Source: Vulcanimicrobiales bacterium (lineage in GTDB: Bacteria; Vulcanimicrobiota; Vulcanimicrobiia; Vulcanimicrobiales; Vulcanimicrobiaceae). Taken from it: a stretch of DNA of 64,000 nt. The notes beneath the pieces are model-generated. The model was not told where the DNA came from, made no database searches, and worked only from the letters and a program-made list of their open reading frames with translations. This document shows positions 20,144-29,825 of this stretch, one piece after another (position 1 is the stretch's first letter; the number at the start of each line of letters is the position of its first letter). Position numbers and translations under genes: made by a program. Location of the stretch: positions 32,001-96,000 of the forward strand of contig JBBQQR010000003.1 in the NCBI GenBank assembly GCA_038215615.1, given 5' to 3'.

Positions 20144-20655
20144 CCGAGCATCTGAACAACCAGATCTTAATCGACTACATGCACGCAGGGCTCGCTCCCG
20201 AACAGGACGCGCACGTCTACGCGCACCTCGAAGCCTGTTCCGAGTGCCGCTCGGAATATGATGCTGAATTGGCGTTGACCGACCTGGTGCGATCTTTTGC
20301 CGCAGCCGACACGCGCGAGCTACCGTCGTCGGTCAAAGCCGAGATTTGGGAACGCATTCGCGCCGCCCGTCCTTCACCGTGGGGCACGTGGGCCACTTGG
20401 CTTCGCCCGGCGGTCTCGCTTCCGGTCGCAGCGGCTCTGGCGCTGGCCGCGTATTTCGGAACGTCTTATCTAGGACCGCACGGCGCCGCTTCAATCGATG
20501 CGGGTTATTATTTGCAAGACCACGCCGCACTCGACAGTACGGTGCCGTTTAGCGATCGCGCTACGGTAAGCGCCGCCGATCTCGAATCGGCCGCGCCAAA
20601 AGCGCCGAGTTCCGTCGCCATAACCGCTTCGTACACGGCGTACGCCAATCCATAA
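20140..20655 (+). CDS. Zinc-binding anti-sigma factor (ZAS)
   Basis: HLEACSEC (HxxxCxxC) plus one TM; ATGA overlap with sigma. Confidence 0.9.
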   Translation: MTEHLNNQILIDYMHAGLAPEQDAHVYAHLEACSECRSEYDAELALTDLVRSFAAADTRELPSSVKAEIWERIRAARPSPWGTWATWLRPAVSLPVAAALALAAYFGTSYLGPHGAASIDAGYYLQDHAALDSTVPFSDRATVSAADLESAAPKAPSSVAITASYTAYANP

Positions 20656-21655
20656 CACGCGTTGGGTCGCCCTCGCGCTGACCGGCACGCTCCTGCTGGG
20701 ATCGGCGCAGCGCAGCGATCCCACGCAGCTTTTGCGACAGGCCGCGCAGGCCTACTTCACGATCTCCTACGTCGGACAAGTTCAGAGCGTCGACTTTGGA
20801 ACCAACCGCGCCGACGCAGTGCTTTTCCGCGTCGAGCACCGCGCGCCCGACAAAACGCGCCGGTGGTATCTGGCTCCTGAATCGCTCTACGGCGATTCGA
20901 TCATCAGCCGCGGCACGATGGAATACGACCTCGACATGCACCGCCACCGGATCGTCGTTGCCCGCAACGACGCGCTCGACGACGTGGTCGCCTTCGAGGA
21001 CAACTTCGGCCTGCTGCTGCGCAACTACAATGCAGTCATGGCGCCGGACACGAGCGTCGCCGGCCGCCGCGCCTATCAAGTGCTTTTGGTGAACAAATAC
21101 ACGGGCGAGACCGTCATCCGGCTTTCGCTGGACTCAGAAACGAAGCTGGTGCTCGCTCGAGACCGCTTCGGCGCCACCGGCACGGTCACGAGTCAAATGC
21201 GCTTCGAGCAGATCCGGTTCACGTCGGCAATTCCCGAGGCGACGTTTGAAGTACCGTCGGGCTTTTCACGGGTGCGCGGACAGGATGAAGGCCCGCCCTC
21301 GAACGATTTGCGGGCCGTGGTGAAAGCCGCCGGCTTCCGGTCACTCGGGCCGAAATATTTGCCCGAGGGATTCTTGCCCATCGCCGGTGACTTGCATGAC
21401 GTCAAAGACGTGCGCACGCTGCACCTGTTGTATTCGGACGGACTGCGCACCGTCTCGCTCTTTGAAAACGCGCGCGGCGCAGCCGTCGACATGAGCCGCT
21501 ACACCGTTCACTCGACCAAACTTCAATCGCGCGACGCGCAGTACGTACGCGATGGCCCGACAACACTGCTTGCGTGGACCGACGGAAATCTCCACTTTGC
21601 GCTCGTCGGAGAACTGACGCTGGCCGAACTCACCCGTATCGGATCGTCAATCTAA
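20642..21655 (+). CDS. RseB/MucB-like periplasmic sigma-E regulator; start probably ACG 20642
   Basis: In-frame signal peptide RWVALALTGTLLLGSA precedes first TTG (20732); VAGRRAY, PKYLPEGF, HLLYSDGLRTVSLFE. Confidence 0.85.
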   Translation, partial: TPIHNTRWVALALTGTLLLGSAQRSDPTQLLRQAAQAYFTISYVGQVQSVDFGTNRADAVLFRVEHRAPDKTRRWYLAPESLYGDSIISRGTMEYDLDMHRHRIVVARNDALDDVVAFEDNFGLLLRNYNAVMAPDTSVAGRRAYQVLLVNKYTGETVIRLSLDSETKLVLARDRFGATGTVTSQMRFEQIRFTSAIPEATFEVPSGFSRVRGQDEGPPSNDLRAVVKAAGFRSLGPKYLPEGFLPIAGDLHDVKDVRTLHLLYSDGLRTVSLFENARGAAVDMSRYTVHSTKLQSRDAQYVRDGPTTLLAWTDGNLHFALVGELTLAELTRIGSSI

Positions 21656-22660
21656 GGTTTCGATCGTTTCGAGCAGCTCGCGCTGCGGCGCGGGAATCGC
21701 GGAGTCTTCCGCGCCGCTCAGATCGGTCGGCTGTGGCGCATCATGCGCTTCGATGATGCGCGCTACTGAATGCGCCAGCGCGTCCAAATCGTAGCCGCCT
21801 TCTAAGACGTAGGCCACACGTCCGTTGCAATACTCTTTTGCCACGCGCTCGATGAGCGCGCCCAGGTGCGACGCTGCCTCAACTTCTACGCCGAGATCGC
21901 CCGCCGGATCGCCTTTGACATAATCGAAGCCCGCGCTGACGATCATGAGGTCGGGCCGCACGCGCGCCACAGTGGCAACGAGCAAGCGCCCCCAAAGCGC
22001 GACGAACGCTTCGGTACCGAAATCGTGCGGCGGTAGCGGAACGTTGACGATCGCATCGCGCTGGGGCAACGCGTAGTTTTCGTCCCGGCCGCCCGTACCC
22101 GGATACGCGGGAAACGCATGCGTCGAAACGTAGGAGAGTCCGTCGCCGCTTACGGCTTGCGTGCCGTTTCCGTGATGGTAGTCGAAATCAACGATCAGCG
22201 TACGCGCTCCGAATTGCGCCTGCGCCGCGCGCGCCGCGATAGCGGCGTTATTAAAAACGCAAAACCCCATGCCTCGCCGCGCTTCGGCGTGATGGCCGGG
22301 CGGACGAACGATCGCGAAGGCGCTGCCGCTCTCGTGCATGGCGGTTTCCATCGCCACGACGGCACCGCCGGCAGCCCGGCGCGCAACATCAAACGATCGG
22401 AAATCGATGACCGTATCACCCGTGGAAAGATAGCCCGCGAAATCCGACATGCCCGCAACTTCGGCACGGACGAGATCGACGTACCCGCGCGCGTGCACCC
22501 GCTCGATCTCGACTGCAGTGGCGTCGCGCGGTGCTATCACATTTTCGAATGTACCGCTCCGGCGCAAAAAATTGGCGACCGCTTCAACGCGGCCCGGCGA
22601 TTCCGGATGGGGTATGCCGCGTAAGTGGTCGCCGTAGATTTCGTCGTAGACGATCCTCAA
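21647..22660 (-). CDS. Histone deacetylase family protein (AcuC-like)
   Basis: HPESPGR, RPPGHHA, GFCVFNN, DFDYHHGNGTQ, SAGFD, LEGGY. Confidence 0.93.
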   Translation of the reverse strand: MRIVYDEIYGDHLRGIPHPESPGRVEAVANFLRRSGTFENVIAPRDATAVEIERVHARGYVDLVRAEVAGMSDFAGYLSTGDTVIDFRSFDVARRAAGGAVVAMETAMHESGSAFAIVRPPGHHAEARRGMGFCVFNNAAIAARAAQAQFGARTLIVDFDYHHGNGTQAVSGDGLSYVSTHAFPAYPGTGGRDENYALPQRDAIVNVPLPPHDFGTEAFVALWGRLLVATVARVRPDLMIVSAGFDYVKGDPAGDLGVEVEAASHLGALIERVAKEYCNGRVAYVLEGGYDLDALAHSVARIIEAHDAPQPTDLSGAEDSAIPAPQRELLETIETLD

Positions 22661-22665
22661 GCCAT

Positions 22666-24198
22666 TTAGTGTTTCTTCGTGGCCGCAGGCATGCAGACTT
22701 TTGCCGCCGTTGCTGCTATCTGTTTGTACTGCGCCGTGCTCTTCTTCATCATCTTCAGAAGCCGCGTATAAGATTTGCAGGCTTTTGCCGGCTGCTTCGT
22801 GCTCGTGTACGAAACGCCCATCATGTAGAGATAGTCGGGGTGCTGATCGACGTATCCACGCAACTGTGTGTCGAGAATCGTGAAGAGCGCAGCGGATTCT
22901 TTGTAGTTCTTCATGCTGTAATCGGAGCCCGCGATGCACGCCAGCGTATCCGGATTGCGCACCATCTGAAACGATTGCGCACAAGCCGCGCGCGCCAGTG
23001 GGTACTGGTGGCTGGAAACGTACGCCTGACCGAGCAGTGCGAACGTCTGGCCGCTCGGTGCGACTTCGGAGAGCTGTTTGAGATAACGCGCTGCTTCGGC
23101 CGGTTTGGCCTGGCCCATCTTCAGCTGCGCGAGGTCGATCAGCGCGCTCGTGTCGTTCTTGTCGATGCGCACGGCTTGCAAGAATTGCTGTTCGGCGCGT
23201 CCCGGCTGACGATTCGCCATCCAGTATTCTCCGTAGGCAGTGTGCAAGCTCGAAATGGTCGGATACTGCCGGAAGGCGACATCGTAGACGGCTTGCGCTT
23301 GTGACGGCTGTTTTGCCGTCGCGTACATCAGCGCTTTTTGCACCACGATCGTCGCCTTCTCGTAATCGTTGGTCGAAACTGCAACGGCATCATCGAAGGC
23401 CTGTGCCGACGCGGTTATGTTGTTTTGTTTGGCAAGGATCCCGGCGCGAAAAATCAGCGCCCGGACGTTCTTGGGATCGAGAGAAATCGCGCGGTCGATC
23501 GCCGTCAGCGCATTGGGCAACGTATTTTGGGCCACCCACGTTTGCGCTTCCTGAATCAGCGGACTGGTATCTTTCGTGTCGAGCACGTAGGCCGCCTCGA
23601 ACTGTTTGCGCGCGTCGTCCCATTTCTGTTCCGCCGCGAGCACCATGCCGAGCGTGACGTATGCGCGCGGCTCGGTTTTATTAAACGTTACCGCACGGTT
23701 CGCAAGGCGTTCCGCATCGGCCGAGCGCGGCGGCTTCGACTGCAGATACAACTGCGCGAGCTGTCCGAGCACAGCGAGATTGGTCGGCTCGAGATTGGAG
23801 GCGGCTTCGAAGTCCGCGGTCGCGGGACCAAGACGGCCCAGGGCGAGTTGCCCTGACCCGTCCAGGAAATAGACCTGTGCGGTTTTCGTGCCGAGCTGCA
23901 TGACGTGTTGCGTCAGCTGAACCGCGGCTTGCGCGGCCTGCGGGGAACCTAATCCCAAAAATTGGCTTGCGAGTTCGATCATTGCATCGCGATCGTTGGG
24001 ATTCGCTTTCAACCGGGCCTGAAGCCGCGGAATCGCGATCTGAGGCGGCTCGGGCGAGGCCGTGGGAAGCGGAGCCGGCGTGGGCGAGGGAGTAGCCGTC
24101 GCGGCGGCGATCAGCGTCGCGTGCGCCGGCGCACCGGAGAAAGCAAGCGCCGAACCGAGTGCGGCTGCGAACGAGGCGAGCAAGAGGAAACGTTTCAA
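22666..24198 (-). CDS. Secreted tetratricopeptide-repeat protein
   Basis: Signal peptide, Pro-rich linker, many TPR-like helical repeats. Confidence 0.88.
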   Translation of the reverse strand: MKRFLLLASFAAALGSALAFSGAPAHATLIAAATATPSPTPAPLPTASPEPPQIAIPRLQARLKANPNDRDAMIELASQFLGLGSPQAAQAAVQLTQHVMQLGTKTAQVYFLDGSGQLALGRLGPATADFEAASNLEPTNLAVLGQLAQLYLQSKPPRSADAERLANRAVTFNKTEPRAYVTLGMVLAAEQKWDDARKQFEAAYVLDTKDTSPLIQEAQTWVAQNTLPNALTAIDRAISLDPKNVRALIFRAGILAKQNNITASAQAFDDAVAVSTNDYEKATIVVQKALMYATAKQPSQAQAVYDVAFRQYPTISSLHTAYGEYWMANRQPGRAEQQFLQAVRIDKNDTSALIDLAQLKMGQAKPAEAARYLKQLSEVAPSGQTFALLGQAYVSSHQYPLARAACAQSFQMVRNPDTLACIAGSDYSMKNYKESAALFTILDTQLRGYVDQHPDYLYMMGVSYTSTKQPAKACKSYTRLLKMMKKSTAQYKQIAATAAKVCMPAATKKH

Positions 24199-24251
24199 GT
24201 ATTCGTCCTTATCGAAATGCTACGGTGTTAACGGCCCAGGGGAGGCGAACG

Positions 24252-25238
24252 TCACGTATGTGCCGCTTTCGCCTGTTGGACCAGCGTGGTGAGCGCGGGA
24301 ATGATTTGAAAAAGGTCGCCGACCACGAGCAAATCCGCTGTTTCGCCAATTGGTACGGTGCCGTCCCGGTTGATCGCCACGATCGTCCCGGCAGTCTGCA
24401 TCCCGACTTTATGCTGGATGGCGCCGGAAATGCCTACAGCGATGTAGAGTTGAGGGCTGACGATCTTGCCCGTCTGCCCGATCTGAAGGCTGTAGGGCAC
24501 CCACCCTGCGTCGGCCGCAGCCCGTGAAGCGCCGACGGCGCCGCCCAGAGCCTCAGCCAGCGGTTTCAGAAGGGTCTCGAAGGGCTCCGGTCCGCCGAGG
24601 CCGCGACCACCGCTGACCACGACCGCTGCTTCCTCCAAGCCGATCTCGCCGGTCGCCTCTTCAACATCGCTTTCGACGACCACGCCGTAGGTTTTCCCGG
24701 CCGGCTTTTCGAGCGGCACCAATTGCGCGCCCATCGCTTGCGGCTGCGCGGCAAAAGCGTTGGGGCGCACGGTGATGACACCGTAATCTCCGCCTTTGAA
24801 AGCGCACGTGGTGATCGTCGATCCTTGCAGTTTCGGCGCGATGCATTGCACGCGACCGTTTTCGACGCGCAGCTCGGTGACGTCGGAAGCCAAGCCTGCG
24901 TCTAATCGCGCGGCGATCCGGCCGGCGACGTCACGCCCAAGCATCGTATTCGGCACTAAAAAAGCCGCAGGGCCTGTAATTTTTGCGACAGCTTCCAAAT
25001 AATCGACGAGCGGATCGAGCAAAAACTTGTCGACGTCGGCGTCATCGGTGTGAAAAATCTTATCGAGCGGATGATTTTGCAGTTGTTGCGCCAGCGCCGT
25101 CGATCCGGATCCGGCCACGAGCGCATGTGCTTTCCCGCCGAGGGCGTCAGCTAGACGGCGAGCCTCGGCCGCAAGTTCGAAAGTAACTTTGCGCGTTTGC
25201 CCGCCGTTGTGCTCGACGAAGATGATAACGTCGCGCAT
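24252..25238 (-). CDS. etfA: Electron transfer flavoprotein alpha subunit
   Basis: VVSGGRG, GASRAAAD, QIGQTGK, YIAVGISGAIQH. Confidence 0.96.
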   Translation of the reverse strand: MRDVIIFVEHNGGQTRKVTFELAAEARRLADALGGKAHALVAGSGSTALAQQLQNHPLDKIFHTDDADVDKFLLDPLVDYLEAVAKITGPAAFLVPNTMLGRDVAGRIAARLDAGLASDVTELRVENGRVQCIAPKLQGSTITTCAFKGGDYGVITVRPNAFAAQPQAMGAQLVPLEKPAGKTYGVVVESDVEEATGEIGLEEAAVVVSGGRGLGGPEPFETLLKPLAEALGGAVGASRAAADAGWVPYSLQIGQTGKIVSPQLYIAVGISGAIQHKVGMQTAGTIVAINRDGTVPIGETADLLVVGDLFQIIPALTTLVQQAKAAHT

Positions 25239-26029
25239 CAGACGAGTTTCCGTTCGCGCAGAAAATCGAAAATAGTTTGAGCGCCGGAGGCACCGTCGGC
25301 GGCTTCTACCACTCTTGCTTTTTCGCGTGCCTTCGGCGCAACGATCGTCACGACTTCCATTTTTGCGCCGTCGCTGCCGGCCGGACGGTCGAGGCCGCAA
25401 TCAGCGCCGGAGAGCGTGGCTATCGTTTTTTTCTTGGCGCCCATAATGCCTTTGAGCGACGCGTAACGCGGCTCGCCGACGGCCATCGTCACGGTTACCA
25501 ACGCCGGGAGCGGTCCTGACACAACTTGGTAGCCGCTATCGGTTTCGCGTTGCGCTTTAATGCGGCCGTCGCCGATCTCCTCAATCATTCGGACGTTGGT
25601 TAGGCCGGGCACGCCTAAATATTCAGCGATCGCCCCGGGCACGCCGCCGGTATTTCCGTCGTCGGAAAGAGCGCCGCAGAGAATCAGATCGAAACCGGTT
25701 TTCTTGAGCGCCTGCGCCATGGCATAGGACGTCACAGAAACGTCGCTGCCTTCCAGCGCCGCATCGCTCAGCACCACGGCGTCGTCGGCTCCCATGGCAA
25801 GCGCTTTGCGCAGCAACTCTTTCATGTTTTGCGGAGCCATCGTGAAAACGGTGACGGTCGTATCGCCACCGAGCCGCTCTTTCAATTGAAGAGCAGCTTC
25901 GATCGCGTATTCGTCGAACGGGTTGAGCGCGGTTTCAACGCCGGCGCGCACCAAACGCTTCGTCGTGGGATCGATGCGGCGGACGGCGTTCGGATCCGGC
26001 ACGAGCTTTACGGTTACGACGATCTTCAC
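25238..26029 (-). CDS. etfB: Electron transfer flavoprotein beta subunit
   Basis: KIVVTVKLVPD, NPFDEYAIE, ALAMGAD, EPRYASLKGIM. Confidence 0.96.
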   Translation of the reverse strand: MKIVVTVKLVPDPNAVRRIDPTTKRLVRAGVETALNPFDEYAIEAALQLKERLGGDTTVTVFTMAPQNMKELLRKALAMGADDAVVLSDAALEGSDVSVTSYAMAQALKKTGFDLILCGALSDDGNTGGVPGAIAEYLGVPGLTNVRMIEEIGDGRIKAQRETDSGYQVVSGPLPALVTVTMAVGEPRYASLKGIMGAKKKTIATLSGADCGLDRPAGSDGAKMEVVTIVAPKAREKARVVEAADGASGAQTIFDFLRERKLV

Positions 26030-26142
26030 GCGAGGAAAAGACCTCCAAGAAATGCAGAGACCCCGCAAGGGGTTCTGAGAGAACCCGGGTTCATTGGGCT
26101 CGCTGGAGGTGCGCCCCTGCCGTCACGGAACCTACGCATGTA

Positions 26143-26949
26143 ATGAATTTAGGAATCATTCTCATATTGGCGACGTTAGCGTCGCCCGCGCCGTCGCCGT
26201 CACCGAGCGCCGGCCCGGCGGCGGACCCCTGCGGGGGCGCGACAACCAATCTGTTGGCAACCCTGAACCGGCCGACGGTCGGTTTTAGCGCGTGCGCCGT
26301 GAAGCCGCGCGAAAGTTTGTGGGAACTCGGATACGCCAACCTGATTCAAAACGATGGATCGCACGCCGCCGTTTATCCGCAAGGTTTCATCCGTTTCGGT
26401 GCGTCGCCGCGGTTGGAATGGGACGTCGTCGGTCCGAACTATTTCACCCAAAAGGCCGGCGTTCTTCAGCGCGGCTTCCTCGACGGCGGAGTCGGCGCGA
26501 AGTATGAGTTTTTTAGCAGCCCATCCGATGTTGCCGCGGTCGATGTGCTCTACATTTTTCCGACCGGGTCGGCGCTGTTTACGGCCGGCGCGCCGGTTGC
26601 GACGCTGAATTTCGACTACGGACACTCGCTTTCACCGGTTGCGGGGGTTGCCACGACAATCGGCGTGCAATCGTCTTTCGCGCAAACGCTCGATGGACGC
26701 GCAGCGCGTTTTATGTCGCTGCTGCCGTCGGTGGCTTTCACGATTCAAAGTAATCCGCGCACGCAGTTTTATGCGGAGTGGTACGGCCAAACGCGGATCC
26801 GTCCCGACGGCGGAACGCTTTTTGGCGTGAACGGTGGCATTCAATTCTTGCTGCGACCGAACGTCGAGATCGACGCCGAACTGGGCCAAACCGTCACCGA
26901 TTTAGAGCGCGGGCATTATTTCGGCTTCGGCATAAGCGTCCGGCCCTAA
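26143..26949 (+). CDS. Putative outer-membrane channel (Phenol_MetA/transporter-like)
   Basis: Signal peptide, NRPT motif, alternating aromatic beta-strands. Confidence 0.6.
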   Translation: MNLGIILILATLASPAPSPSPSAGPAADPCGGATTNLLATLNRPTVGFSACAVKPRESLWELGYANLIQNDGSHAAVYPQGFIRFGASPRLEWDVVGPNYFTQKAGVLQRGFLDGGVGAKYEFFSSPSDVAAVDVLYIFPTGSALFTAGAPVATLNFDYGHSLSPVAGVATTIGVQSSFAQTLDGRAARFMSLLPSVAFTIQSNPRTQFYAEWYGQTRIRPDGGTLFGVNGGIQFLLRPNVEIDAELGQTVTDLERGHYFGFGISVRP

Positions 26950-26992
26950 CGCAGTCCATGAACGACGCAGGGGTACTTCCGCCTAGTATATA

Positions 26993-27034
26993 ATGTCGCG
27001 TATACTTGACATATAGTCATACATACGCTACATT
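26993..27034 (+). promoter_or_regulatory. Sigma70 promoter with overlapping palindromic operator
   Basis: TTGACA (27006-11), 17-bp spacer, TACATT (27029-34); palindrome ATGTC-GC-GTATAC-TT-GACAT (26993-27012). Confidence 0.75.
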
Positions 27035-27041
27035 ATGTCGC

Positions 27042-27443
27042 ATGAAGCCTGCATCCAACCCTACGTCTGCGGCCGGTCGCCGATATGCCGTCGAGTTCTC
27101 GATTTCGATGGTCGCCTATGCGGTCGTCCTGATTGTCAGCATCAACGCGATCGAGCACGCCTTGCCACCGGCCCTCAAACTTGTGTTCGCGCTTCTGCCG
27201 CTTATCCCGATCGCGTTCGTCTTTGCAGCGATCGTGCGGTACATGAGCAGCATCGACGAGCTGCAGCGGAGGATTCAGATCGAGTCACTTTCGCTTGCAG
27301 CGGGCATCACCGCGCTGCTCGCCATCACGTACGGATTCCTCGAGACCGTTGGATTGCCGCACCTGAGCGCATGGTACGCTTATGCGGCCGTTATGGTCGC
27401 TTGGCTGATCGCTCAGCCATTCGTGGCGCGACGGTATCGCTGA
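27042..27443 (+). CDS. Small membrane protein of the type paired with XRE regulators
   Basis: 4 TM; DELQRRIQIESL motif. Confidence 0.8.
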   Translation: MKPASNPTSAAGRRYAVEFSISMVAYAVVLIVSINAIEHALPPALKLVFALLPLIPIAFVFAAIVRYMSSIDELQRRIQIESLSLAAGITALLAITYGFLETVGLPHLSAWYAYAAVMVAWLIAQPFVARRYR

Positions 27444-27643
27444 TGCGCAACCGCATCCGCGTTCTTCGCGCCGAACGCGAATGGTCGCAGGCCGAAGTGG
27501 CCGATCGCCTCGGCATCGCGCGTCAAACGATAAATGCGCTCGAAACGGGGAAATACGCGCCGAGTCTTCCGCTCGCGTTCAAAATTTCGAAATTGTTTGC
27601 AAAACCGGTCGAAGAGATCTTCGATCCGGCTTCCGAGGAGTAA
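27443..27643 (+). CDS. XRE-family HTH transcriptional regulator
   Basis: MRNRIRVLRAEREWSQAEVADRLGIARQTINALETGKYAPSLPLAFKI. Confidence 0.95.
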   Translation: MRNRIRVLRAEREWSQAEVADRLGIARQTINALETGKYAPSLPLAFKISKLFAKPVEEIFDPASEE

Positions 27644-27646
27644 CAC

Positions 27647-28573
27647 ATGAAGCGCTTTCTTCTTGCGGCAGCCCTAGCCGCGATCGCATCGACGGGTTCC
27701 GCGCGAGCCACGGCGCCGCCACCGCTTCCAACTCCGACCAAGTCTTTCGAAGCAGGCTCAATTCACGTCGAGGTGTACGGAACTCCCGGAAGGCGCGCGC
27801 TGGTTTTCATTCCGGGGTTAACGTGCGGACCGTGGGAGTGGTCGGGCGAGATCGCGCAGCTCTCTCCGTATTATACGATTTATGCGCTCACGCTACCCGG
27901 CTTCGACGGGCATCCCGCAATCAAGACGCCGCTCTTCCAAACAGTCTCCGCCGACTTTTGGACGCTTCTGCAAACCGAGTCGATCGTCAAGCCGGCCGTC
28001 ATCGGACACAGTTTAGGCGGAACGCTCGCCATCATGCTCGCCGAACAGCACTCCGAAAAACTGGGCGGCGTGATATCGGTCGACGGGCTGCCGACCTTTC
28101 CCGGCATGGACAGAATGACGGCCGATCAGCGCGCGCAAGCGGCCGCGCAGATGACGACCGCCATGGCACAGGCTTCGACGCCCACGCAGTTCGCGGCCAT
28201 GGAAAAAATGTACGTTCTGCCCAACCTCATGACGTCGCCCGACGACATCGCAGCCGTAGCTCCCTTGGCCGCACGCAGCGATATTGCGGCGACTGCAGCC
28301 TGGACCGCCGAAGACATCGCGCTCGATCTGCGTCCGCAGCTCACCAAGGTCACGACACCGCTGTTGGTGATCGCGCCGTATGACGCGGCGTTCGAAAGTA
28401 AGGTGCTGCCGGATGCCGCAGCTAAGCGCGGCTACTACGAGTCGCTGCTCGCGAACGACCCCACGGCAAACGTGCAGATGATCGACCCCGCACGGCACTT
28501 CGTCATGTACGACCAGCCGCAGAAACTCCGCGACGCTATCGCGGCGTTTCTAAAACACTACCCGCCGGGCTAG
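27647..28573 (+). CDS. Secreted alpha/beta hydrolase
   Basis: Signal peptide; FIPGL, GHSLGG nucleophile, ARHFVMYDQP. Confidence 0.92.
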   Translation: MKRFLLAAALAAIASTGSARATAPPPLPTPTKSFEAGSIHVEVYGTPGRRALVFIPGLTCGPWEWSGEIAQLSPYYTIYALTLPGFDGHPAIKTPLFQTVSADFWTLLQTESIVKPAVIGHSLGGTLAIMLAEQHSEKLGGVISVDGLPTFPGMDRMTADQRAQAAAQMTTAMAQASTPTQFAAMEKMYVLPNLMTSPDDIAAVAPLAARSDIAATAAWTAEDIALDLRPQLTKVTTPLLVIAPYDAAFESKVLPDAAAKRGYYESLLANDPTANVQMIDPARHFVMYDQPQKLRDAIAAFLKHYPPG

Positions 28574-28722
28574 ACGTGCTCATCGGGTTCGGCGTGGTGA
28601 GCGTCCTTTTGGTCGTCGGCGTTCGGATTTAAATCGGTGTCGCCGTAGACGGCTTCAGCCGCCTCGACCTCGTCAGTTTCGCGCTCTGCTTTATCTTCGT
28701 CGTCGAGACGTTCGCGTTCCAT
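28570..28722 (-). CDS. 50-aa acidic hydrophilic protein (not in ORF track)
   Basis: AAGGAG SD + ATG; MERERLDDEDKAERETDEVEAAEAVYGDTDLNPNADDQKDAHHAEPDEHV. Confidence 0.7.
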   Translation of the reverse strand: MERERLDDEDKAERETDEVEAAEAVYGDTDLNPNADDQKDAHHAEPDEHV

Positions 28723-28808
28723 AGGAATCTCCTTATTCTTCACGCACGCCGAGTTTCGTCCAAGTGTAGGCGCATTTCTTCGAGATCGAAAATAAACGCG
28801 GGAAAGCG

Positions 28809-29003
28809 TTAGGGCTTCTTCGGTTCGTTCATGCCGAAGAGGTTTTGCTCCATATCGCGATCGTCTTCTTGTGAATCTACGTCGGGGTCAATTTTCTCGT
28901 TGCGCCCGGCATCCTCGCGGCGCGCTCCTCCCGGTTTGGTTTGGTTTTCGGTCAGGTCGTCTTGAAAGATCTCGCCGGCGCGGTCTTTGGGCAGTTTTTC
29001 CAT
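28809..29003 (-). CDS. Small acidic hydrophilic protein
   Basis: 64-aa ORF, D/E-rich, non-overlapping. Confidence 0.65.
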   Translation of the reverse strand: MEKLPKDRAGEIFQDDLTENQTKPGGARREDAGRNEKIDPDVDSQEDDRDMEQNLFGMNEPKKP

Positions 29004-29025
29004 GAAGCGGTCTTACCCGCTTTGT

Positions 29026-29361
29026 TTAAACTCGCGGGGTCGCGCGGAACGAACCCGAGCCGCAGATCTCAACGATCTGATCATTGCTCAGGCGGCGGAA
29101 GCTGACGTTGCAGTACTTGAACGCCTCGCCTGCCTCAGCGGCTTCATAGAGGCCCTGGGCTTCGGGATTGAGGCTCGGATGCTGGCGAACCGTACGGTTT
29201 TTGAAGTTGACGCGGTAGACGAGCTTCTCTCCGAAAAGTGAAACGTCGCCGCGCGCATTTTCATAGCCGCCGTAAATGGGTTCCTGGACCTCCTCGGCGC
29301 CCGCTTGTTTGGCTTTCATGAGAAGGACGTCGACAGGGGCGATTTCGGGTTCGCAGATCAT
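29026..29361 (-). CDS. Hypothetical protein
   Basis: 111-aa ORF co-oriented with neighbours; AGGTG SD-like sequence. Confidence 0.6.
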   Translation of the reverse strand: MICEPEIAPVDVLLMKAKQAGAEEVQEPIYGGYENARGDVSLFGEKLVYRVNFKNRTVRQHPSLNPEAQGLYEAAEAGEAFKYCNVSFRRLSNDQIVEICGSGSFRATPRV

Positions 29362-29419
29362 ATCGCTTCACCTAACCCACGCGGCATGACGAAGGTTGCA
29401 CTTCGGCGCAAATCCCGGC

Positions 29420-29812
29420 TCACGCCCGGGGCAGCGTGTTGAAGAGCAAGAAAATGTAGGAAACCGTCCACGCCAGGGTCGCCAATGCCACCGCCTGTTG
29501 GACGGCACTTTGGCGCAAGAAAATTGGCAGTGCGGTGATCGACGCAACCAGCAGCTTCAGACTAAAGTCGGCATTAAACGTCAGGTGCCCGTCGAGCAAA
29601 AATGATTGAACGAACGTGGCCAATATAACGATGACGAGCAGCGAGAAGAACCATTGCCGGTTTTCTTCGTAAGCCCGCCCCATATCTTCGACTCCCGGCG
29701 GCAAGATGAGACCGGAAATCACGTACAGCATCGCCGGCACCGTTATCGTGAAAACGAAAATCGCGAACGTCCAGCCGGTGTGGTTTGCGAGGCTGAAATC
29801 CGACCACTTCCG
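29420..29812 (-). pseudogene. 5'-truncated membrane protein gene
   Basis: Membrane-protein-like frame WSDFSLANHTGWTFAIF...RAYEENRQWFF extends upstream of GTG 29740 with no start before a stop inside the peptidase gene end. Confidence 0.55.
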
Positions 29813-29825
29813 GGTGCACGCCCCG

